This document shows positions 6,826-13,170 of a stretch of 13,170 bases of DNA, piece by piece (positions within the stretch are counted from its first letter, which is position 1; each line of letters starts with the position of its first letter). Below the pieces are notes generated by a model that saw nothing but the letters and a program-made list of their open reading frames with translations, was not told the DNA's origin and ran no database searches. Made by a program: the position numbers and the translations under genes. Origin of the DNA: Candidatus Hermodarchaeota archaeon (GTDB lineage Archaea > Asgardarchaeota > Lokiarchaeia > Sigyniarchaeales > SOKP01); contig JBHLLO010000071.1 of the NCBI GenBank assembly GCA_048885535.1, positions 1 to 13,170 on the forward strand, given 5' to 3'.

Positions 6826-8457
6826 ATGTCAGATCAAAAAATATATTATAAAGACTGGCCAAAAGATATCCCAAAAATAATTGAAATTCCTAATAAAACT
6901 CTAGTCGATTTTCTTGAAGATTCAGTAAAAAAATATCCAAATAATATTATTACTAATTTCATGGGATTTCAATTAACTTATACTCAGTTACAAGATATTG
7001 CATATCGTACCGCTACAAAGCTATCAGATTTAGGCATAAAAAAAGGAGATACTGTTGCTCTTCAATTTACAAATAATCCTGCGTATATTTCCTACTATTA
7101 CGGCGTTTTAAAAATGGGAGGAGTGGTCACAAACCTCTCACCTTTATTTAAAAGCTTAGAAGTCAAAAGACAACTGAATGATAGTGATGCTAAATTATAT
7201 ATCGGATGGGAAGGGTTTAACGGAATAGTAGATCCTATTATTAAAGAGACAGGAGTTATTAATAAATTCTATAGTAATTTAGGTCCTTACTTATCACCGG
7301 ATCCAATGGCTCCGCCTGAGTTTCCTGTGGGTGGGGAGCCTATCTTTGAAGATCATATTAGGGAAATAACACCTAATCCTCCTAAAGTTGATATTGATCC
7401 AGACGATTTAGCAATGCTTCAATATACAGGAGGCACTACTGGTTTTCCTAAAGGGGCAATGTTAACTCACAAAAGCATTGTAGCAAATGTGTATCAAATT
7501 AAAACATGGTTACCTGGGATTAAAGAAAGTGAAGATAACTTTTTAGCGGTATTACCCTTTTATCATATATACATGTGTTTTGTAATGAATGCAGTAGTTC
7601 ACTTGGCAGATACACTTACATGTGTTTTCAATCCTCGAGAAACCCATGAAATCATTGAAGCAATCGAAACCACGAAGGTTACAGTGTTTCCAGGGATTGC
7701 TCCATTATTTAATAATATAAATAACTATGAAGGGATAGAAAAACATGATCTATCAAGTATTAAATATTGTTTTAGTGGAGCCGCACCCTTACCTGATGAT
7801 GTAAGAAAAAAGTTTGAAAATTTATCAGGAGCAAAAGTTCGTGAAGTTTATGGTCTCACTGAAATGTCACCAGCAGTAACTGCTAATACTTTTGGTGATA
7901 ATTTCAAATCTGGAACAGCAGGGATGCCCCTGCCAAACACCGAAGTGAAAATAGTAAGCGAGGATGGTAAAGCACTCGGATTAAATGAAGTAGGAGAATT
8001 ATGGGTACGTGGACCCCAAATGATGAAAGGGTACTACAAAAGACCTGAAGAAACTAATAATACAATTATTAACGGTTGGTTACGAACAGGAGATATGGCA
8101 TTAATGGATGAGGATGGAAGAATTGTAATAAAAGAACGCCTTAAAGATATGATAAAGTATAAAGGACATTCAGTGTATCCAACAGAAGTTGAAGATTTAC
8201 TTTTTTATAACGATCATATAGAAGATTGTGCTGTTGTGGGAATTATTGATAAGGAAGGAAATGAAAATATAAAAGCGTTTATTGTATTAAAGGATGAATC
8301 TAAAGGTAAAGTTACGGAACAAGAAATCATTGACTGGTCAAAGAAAAACATGGGGTTTGAAAAGTATCCTCGATTTGTAGAATTCATTGATGAGATTCCT
8401 AAAACTATAGTTGGAAAAATACTTCATCGGGAATTAAGAGAAAGAGAAATAGAATAA
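6826..8457 (+). CDS. fadD: Long-chain fatty acid--CoA ligase (ANL adenylate-forming family, FadD-like)
   Basis: AMP-binding loop YTGGTTGFPKG, plus LPFYH, SGAAPL, YGLTE, GELWVRGPQMMKGYY, GWLRTGD and PKTIVGK. The substrate is inferred. Confidence 0.92.
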   Translation: MSDQKIYYKDWPKDIPKIIEIPNKTLVDFLEDSVKKYPNNIITNFMGFQLTYTQLQDIAYRTATKLSDLGIKKGDTVALQFTNNPAYISYYYGVLKMGGVVTNLSPLFKSLEVKRQLNDSDAKLYIGWEGFNGIVDPIIKETGVINKFYSNLGPYLSPDPMAPPEFPVGGEPIFEDHIREITPNPPKVDIDPDDLAMLQYTGGTTGFPKGAMLTHKSIVANVYQIKTWLPGIKESEDNFLAVLPFYHIYMCFVMNAVVHLADTLTCVFNPRETHEIIEAIETTKVTVFPGIAPLFNNINNYEGIEKHDLSSIKYCFSGAAPLPDDVRKKFENLSGAKVREVYGLTEMSPAVTANTFGDNFKSGTAGMPLPNTEVKIVSEDGKALGLNEVGELWVRGPQMMKGYYKRPEETNNTIINGWLRTGDMALMDEDGRIVIKERLKDMIKYKGHSVYPTEVEDLLFYNDHIEDCAVVGIIDKEGNENIKAFIVLKDESKGKVTEQEIIDWSKKNMGFEKYPRFVEFIDEIPKTIVGKILHRELREREIE

Positions 8458-8460
8458 CAC

Positions 8461-8492
8461 TTATTTTGGGTATTTATTTTAAATTTTTTTTT
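8461..8492 (+). terminator. Oligo-T tract after fadD, putative archaeal terminator
   Basis: T-rich stretch ending in T9 (8484-8492) just after the stop codon. Confidence 0.35.
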
Positions 8493-8614
8493 GGTAAATC
8501 ATTATTAAATATATAAATTTTCATTTAGAATCTTTAGAATTATATGTAATTTGGTATCTTAATTTATAAAGCATTACACCTACTCTTTTAGGGTTAGTTC
8601 TTTTTTTATATTAT

Positions 8615-9091
8615 ATGAAAACAGAAAAAGCAATGTTTGGTGCTGGTTGCTTCTGGGGTGTAGAAGCAAGGCTCAGAAAAGTTAAAGGTGTAATAGATAC
8701 TGTTGTTGGATATGCCGGAGGGGATTTTGAGAATCCTACTTATAAGGACGTCTGCACAGATAAAACAGGCCACGCTGAGGTTGTTTTAGTAACTTATGAT
8801 CCAGAAATAATATCATATGAAGAATTATTGGAAATTTTTTGGGATATTCATAATCCAACGACACTTAACCGACAAGGTTGGGATGTCGGAACTCAATATC
8901 GATCTGTTATTTTTTATGAAACAGAAGACCAAAAAGAGAAGGCTTTAAAATTAAAAGAAACGCTTGATAAATCTGGTAAATATAGAAAACCTATTGTCAC
9001 ACAAATAGTTCCTTATTCAAAATTCTACAAGGCAGAAGATTATCATCAGCGCTACTATGAGAAAAATAAGAAATCAACATGTATTTTTTAA
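8615..9091 (+). CDS. msrA: Peptide methionine sulfoxide reductase MsrA
   Basis: Active site GCFWG, plus TGHAEVV, NRQGxDVGTQYRS, AEDYHQRYY and a C-terminal Cys. Confidence 0.97.
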   Translation: MKTEKAMFGAGCFWGVEARLRKVKGVIDTVVGYAGGDFENPTYKDVCTDKTGHAEVVLVTYDPEIISYEELLEIFWDIHNPTTLNRQGWDVGTQYRSVIFYETEDQKEKALKLKETLDKSGKYRKPIVTQIVPYSKFYKAEDYHQRYYEKNKKSTCIF

Positions 9092-9186
9092 AATATCAAA
9101 CAATTTCTTTAAAGTTCTAAATCTGATTTTTTAATCATAACCAGTTAATAAATGCACTTATTTTGATAATCAAATTAATATCATCT

Positions 9187-10374
9187 ATGTTTAATCATAG
9201 ATTAATTGATCCTCCGCGTGAACCAGCAAAATTTGTTAAATCCGCTGTTGATTTTATTCAAAAGTATGCAAAAAATAAGCGTGTTTTTTGTGCGCTTTCA
9301 GGAGGAATCGATAGTTCTTGTACATATCTATTACTTAAAAAGGCTCAAGTTGATGTATTACCGGTATTTATTGATCACGGTCTTATGAGGATAATACGGG
9401 GTAAGGAAGAAAAGGATTATCTTGCAAACTTATTTCCAGATATTAAGATTGTTGAGATTCGAAACGAATTTTTACCAAGAATTTATGGGGAGGGAGATGC
9501 TGAAAATAAAAGGAAGTTATTTAAAGATGCGTATTCTGATACCATAAGTAAAGTAATTAAGGAAGAAGGATGTGACCTTCTTGCGGATGGTACCATCTTA
9601 CCTGATATTGAAGAGAGTTTTGGAGTTAAAATTTCAGATCTAAAGGAAACTATGTCAATTGAGGAAGAATTACAATTAAAAGAAAAAAATATACAAGCTT
9701 TTGTAAAAAGCCAGCATAATGTAGAGATTGAATATGATGTTGAAGCAAGCATCCAGCCAGTAGCAAGTCTTACAAAACATGAAATTCGGGATATACTTGC
9801 CTATTTTGAGATGCCGCAAGAATTAGTTTATAGGAAAGCTTTTCCAGGCCCAGCATTAGCTGCTAGAATAATAGGTCCAGTTACAGCTGAAAATTTAGCT
9901 TTTGAAAAAAAAGTGCATGACATTGTAGAAAGCTTGGTGGACACATATTATGTCGAAAAATATAACAGACCAATGATAATAAATGAAAAAGGAGAACAAG
10001 AGCCATTTCAAGCTTTTGCTGCGTTAACAACAGATGTTCTTTTAAGGAAAGTGACCGGGTTAATTGAGGGAAAAAGAACATATGAGGTTCCTTTAATTAT
10101 AAAGTGTGAGTGGGATTTCGATAAATTGACTCAGTTTGCGTCTCAAATAAAAGGATATTCAAGAGTGCTTTATGAGCTTCATGAAAGCCATACCGGGATC
10201 TATGACGTGATAATTAGATCAGTTAATAGCATAGACGCTAGAACTGCGAGTGTTACACACTTATCTATCGAATTAATTGAGGAAATAAAGTATAAACTAT
10301 TGGAAGTACCTGACTCTAAAAATATTTACTGGGATATAACACCGAAACCTCCCGCTACAATAGAATATGTATGA
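9187..10374 (+). CDS. guaAB: GMP synthase ATP-pyrophosphatase subunit (GuaAB-like, no glutaminase domain)
   Basis: PP-loop ALSGGIDSS, FIDHGLMR, AENKRK, GTILPDIEES, KSQHNV, FPGPALAARI and DITPKPPATIEYV. Start is ATG 9187 or TTG 9163. Confidence 0.9.
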   Translation: MFNHRLIDPPREPAKFVKSAVDFIQKYAKNKRVFCALSGGIDSSCTYLLLKKAQVDVLPVFIDHGLMRIIRGKEEKDYLANLFPDIKIVEIRNEFLPRIYGEGDAENKRKLFKDAYSDTISKVIKEEGCDLLADGTILPDIEESFGVKISDLKETMSIEEELQLKEKNIQAFVKSQHNVEIEYDVEASIQPVASLTKHEIRDILAYFEMPQELVYRKAFPGPALAARIIGPVTAENLAFEKKVHDIVESLVDTYYVEKYNRPMIINEKGEQEPFQAFAALTTDVLLRKVTGLIEGKRTYEVPLIIKCEWDFDKLTQFASQIKGYSRVLYELHESHTGIYDVIIRSVNSIDARTASVTHLSIELIEEIKYKLLEVPDSKNIYWDITPKPPATIEYV

Positions 10375-10498
10375 TTCTAAAAGTGATGTATGAGTAAGAA
10401 GTAAAACCTAGCGATGTCTATAGTTATTTTTATAAAATGAAATCTATTATTAATTAAAGTATAACTTAGATCGAAGAAAAATCTAAAAAGGTGTTTAG

Positions 10499-11578
10499 AT
10501 GGAAAAAGATGATATTATATATCGAGATTTGCAAAAGCATTTAGATAGTATGCCTATTGGTTTTCCTCCTTCAGAAGATGGATCTGATATAAGAGTATTA
10601 AAAGCCTATTTCACTCCTGAAGAAGCGGTGCTTGCTACATATCTTAATTTTATTCCAGTACCTCTGAGTAAAATATACTCTTCAACTAAGGATAGCGGAT
10701 TGAGTCTGGATGAAACTAAAGAAAAATTAGATATCATGGTAGAAAAAAGGATAATATTTAAGGACATCGATCCTAAGACCAAAGAAGAATCTTATGGTAA
10801 TTTACCTTATGCCATAGGCTTCTTTGAAAATCAGGTTAACAGATTATCGAAAGAAATGGCAGAAGCTGGCGAAGATTACGGAGTAGTCTTTATTAGAGAA
10901 TTCCTAGGTGAAAAGACAGGGATTCCTCAAATGCGTACTGTTCCAATTAATACTGCTATTACTTATGAGAATAAGATCATGAATTATGATGATGCTAGGA
11001 AAATCCTTGATTCTGTAGAAGGACCATATGCTGTAGCACCATGCGTATGTGTCCAATCTAAAGAATTAGTTGGAATAACCTGTAAACATGACATGTTAGA
11101 AAGATGTATGGTCAACAATCAAAATTATCTTGATCGTGGCGATGCTCGAAAAATCACAAAGGCAGAAGCATTTGAAATTTTAGAAAAGGCAATGGAAATA
11201 GGTCTCGCTATTCAACCAGGAAATTCAAAAAATGCAGGAGGATTTTGTTTATGTTGCGGTTGTTGCTGTGGTATTCTTTCCGATGCTAAAAAACTTGATA
11301 CTCCTGCTCGATTATTTGCTACAAATTATTTTTCAGAAGTAGATGAAGAACAATGCACTGGATGCGGCACTTGCTTGGAATATTGCCCCATGGATGCTAT
11401 AAAAGTAAATAAAATCTCACACATCAGTAAGGAGCGATGTATTGGGTGTGGGGTATGTGTCCCGAAATGTCCATCAGAGGCAATTCATCTCAGAAACAAA
11501 GAAAAAGTAATAACTCCTCCTGATAATTCAATTGATATGATGATAAAAATCGCAAAAAAGAAAAAGGAACTTCGATAA
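10499..11578 (+). CDS. Cys-rich Fe-S protein with C-terminal 2x[4Fe-4S] ferredoxin domain
   Basis: CTGCGTCLEYCP and CIGCGVCVPKCP; CVC..C..C and CLCCGCCC clusters; N-terminal HLDxxPxGFP...FTPEEA; AAGGTG RBS. Confidence 0.88.
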   Translation: MEKDDIIYRDLQKHLDSMPIGFPPSEDGSDIRVLKAYFTPEEAVLATYLNFIPVPLSKIYSSTKDSGLSLDETKEKLDIMVEKRIIFKDIDPKTKEESYGNLPYAIGFFENQVNRLSKEMAEAGEDYGVVFIREFLGEKTGIPQMRTVPINTAITYENKIMNYDDARKILDSVEGPYAVAPCVCVQSKELVGITCKHDMLERCMVNNQNYLDRGDARKITKAEAFEILEKAMEIGLAIQPGNSKNAGGFCLCCGCCCGILSDAKKLDTPARLFATNYFSEVDEEQCTGCGTCLEYCPMDAIKVNKISHISKERCIGCGVCVPKCPSEAIHLRNKEKVITPPDNSIDMMIKIAKKKKELR

Positions 11579-11732
11579 GCTAAATTTCCAATCATATTAA
11601 TTTTATATAAATTTATACTTTATTCATCTGTATTCTCCAAAAATTAATTAGGTTTTATTTTATAAGATATAAAAAGAACCTTTTTGATTTCTGTCTCTTA
11701 TTCTAAATTAAATAAAATTAAAGTGAAATAGT

Positions 11733-12236
11733 ATGGGTACCTTGAGAGAAGATGAAATAAAAAATTTGCAAACACGTTACGAGACTGTTCCTTATAGTAC
11801 TTTCTTTAAAGTATGGTATGCCCTGCAAAAGGCAATCCCTCATGAACAAAAAGGAGAAATTTTCACAAAAATCGGAAGAACTATTGGAAATGAATTCGAT
11901 GATGAAGGAATTGAAACTGTTAATCAATTTCTTGACCGCCTGCAACAGTTTCTAGAAAAGGAGTGGGCTATTACAGATAACGCTAGGGTAGATTTTATAA
12001 AAGATGAAAATGGAAATGCTGTGAAATTACTTGCAAAACAAGATAGTTGTAAAATGTGTTATGCTAATACCTATTATAAACTTCATGACAACGGAAGTCC
12101 GTCATGTATGTTCCCCCAGGTTATTATGGGTGTCTTAAGTAAAGTGAGAAAAAAATTTGGATTTAAAAATTTACGATTTGAAGGCGTCCAGAAAGGTGGG
12201 GTAGGGGAATGTGCTATGATCTGGAACCTCAAGTAA
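11733..12236 (+). CDS. Hypothetical protein, probable V4R/HNOX/Bet3-like ligand-binding fold with 4 Cys
   Basis: Helix IFTKIGRTIGNEF (GxxxG), then SCKMC, SCMFPQVIMGVL and GECAMIW, in the order expected for V4R-like domains. The ORF is solid; the fold is inferred. Confidence 0.6.
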   Translation: MGTLREDEIKNLQTRYETVPYSTFFKVWYALQKAIPHEQKGEIFTKIGRTIGNEFDDEGIETVNQFLDRLQQFLEKEWAITDNARVDFIKDENGNAVKLLAKQDSCKMCYANTYYKLHDNGSPSCMFPQVIMGVLSKVRKKFGFKNLRFEGVQKGGVGECAMIWNLK

Positions 12237-12290
12237 GAAAAACTTTATAATTTTTATTATTCTTTTTAAATTCGAACTAGGATAACTTAT

Positions 12291-13142
12291 TTAATCCGTA
12301 TCCTTTTTTGGAATACCATCTGAACACGAGACTCCTACTTGGCACAAACCACACGCGAAAATATCGATCCCATAAGTCTTATTAATAAAGGGAATTGTAC
12401 TTGTCACATGGGGGGCACAAATCATTTTGTCGTGACGTTTTTCGAAAGAGATAGCGTTTACAGGACATCTAGAGATACAGTCTCCACACCATATACAAAA
12501 TTCATAAGGATCTGAAGGTCGATCAAAGGCTGTACTTGGGAATGTTAAATCAACTATAAGACTGCCACACCTCATTGCTTTTCCTCGTGCATTAATGAAC
12601 CCATCAGATAATCCAAAAGAGCCCAAACCTGCTGCGAAACAGTTATGCCTATGAGACCAGTTAGATGCCCAAATCTTTCGGTTAACTCTAAATAATTTCT
12701 TATCAAGAGCAGGAGCAAAAGCATTAATTCCAAGCTTTTTTAACTCGTCTATTAAGTAAGTTTGAATAGTCATATTTGCTTGTTCCCCAAAAAGCCTAGT
12801 ATGAGCCCATCTTTCAGAAGGCATTGTTTTAGAATAATTAAAGTTCTCTATCTTAGTTTTTTGACTGATAGGTAAGATATAGGCTACTACACTTAGATTT
12901 TTATCACTGAATTTAATATTATTCTTTTTACAGTACCATTCATATGCCTCAGAAGGGGTTAGATGAAATTCGCCTATAATATTTTTATATCTATTAAAAA
13001 TGGCATCATTTCCATCTACAATCCCTACTAGTGTATCTGGCTCGAAGATAAGTGAGTTATCAAGCTTACTCATTCTATTGCATTCATCCTCTTCAAGGAA
13101 ATGATTGATTTTGTTGACAAACCACTCCTTAGTTATATCCAT
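12291..13142 (-). CDS. QueG/reductive dehalogenase-superfamily 2x[4Fe-4S] protein, probably cobalamin-binding
   Basis: WSHRHxxFAAGLGSFGLSDGFI..GxxxRxGS, CIWCGDCISRCPVNAI, a lone Cys (MIC) and CGLCQVGVSC, giving 8 cluster ligands. Confidence 0.85.
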   Translation of the reverse strand: MDITKEWFVNKINHFLEEDECNRMSKLDNSLIFEPDTLVGIVDGNDAIFNRYKNIIGEFHLTPSEAYEWYCKKNNIKFSDKNLSVVAYILPISQKTKIENFNYSKTMPSERWAHTRLFGEQANMTIQTYLIDELKKLGINAFAPALDKKLFRVNRKIWASNWSHRHNCFAAGLGSFGLSDGFINARGKAMRCGSLIVDLTFPSTAFDRPSDPYEFCIWCGDCISRCPVNAISFEKRHDKMICAPHVTSTIPFINKTYGIDIFACGLCQVGVSCSDGIPKKDTD

Positions 13143-13170
13143 AGTCCTAATTTTATAAATAATGCTTACA

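Noticed and set aside
9074-9091. MsrA C-terminus STCIF as a CaaX prenylation motif
   Set aside because: The Cys is third from the end, not fourth, and fits the usual MsrA resolving Cys.
9206-10081. Short ORFs 9206..9388, 9483..9752 and 9881..10081
   Set aside because: Shadows inside the GMP synthase gene.
10372-10498. Selenocysteine read-through of the guaAB TGA, or a C/D-box sRNA at GTGATGT
   Set aside because: The protein ends at its canonical TIEYV and TAA follows two codons later. No SECIS-like stem and no matching CTGA box D.
11718-11945. 75-aa minus-strand ORF
   Set aside because: Antisense to the 167-aa V4R-like gene.
1-13170. Mobile element, defence island, tRNA/rRNA or CRISPR array
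   Set aside because: No transposase, integrase or nuclease-type ORFs, terminal repeats, GC-rich structured stretches or repeat-spacer periodicity seen by eye.

Overview
AT-rich archaeal chromosomal segment. The lineage is most consistent with Asgard/Lokiarchaeia. That is an inference from the archaeal EF-1beta plus HVO_2753-type Zn-finger pair, a split GMP synthase, GGTGA Shine-Dalgarno motifs, MutS/MutL, and Loki-style hypothetical and Fe-S proteins. Gene order: 3' end of mutS, coupled (TGATG) to mutL; a helical hypothetical; ef1b and a Zn-finger gene (-); a CxxC/His plus winged-helix protein; a DUF47-PiT-DUF47 operon (-); an acyl-CoA ligase; msrA; a GMP synthase ATPPase subunit; a Cys-rich ferredoxin-domain protein; a V4R-like protein; and a QueG/RdhA-superfamily Fe-S protein (-). 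I saw no tRNA, rRNA, CRISPR array or mobile element. Best leads: (1) the 3548..4012 gene appears to start upstream at ATT (3476) behind a GGTGA RBS, restoring a CxxC motif, and its wHTH resembles GATOR1 NPRL2; (2) the GMP synthase subunit has a partly duplicated C-terminal domain reminiscent of animal GMPS; (3) a PiT transporter with degenerate signatures sits between one canonical and one degenerate DUF47. All family calls come from motif recognition by eye, not database searches.
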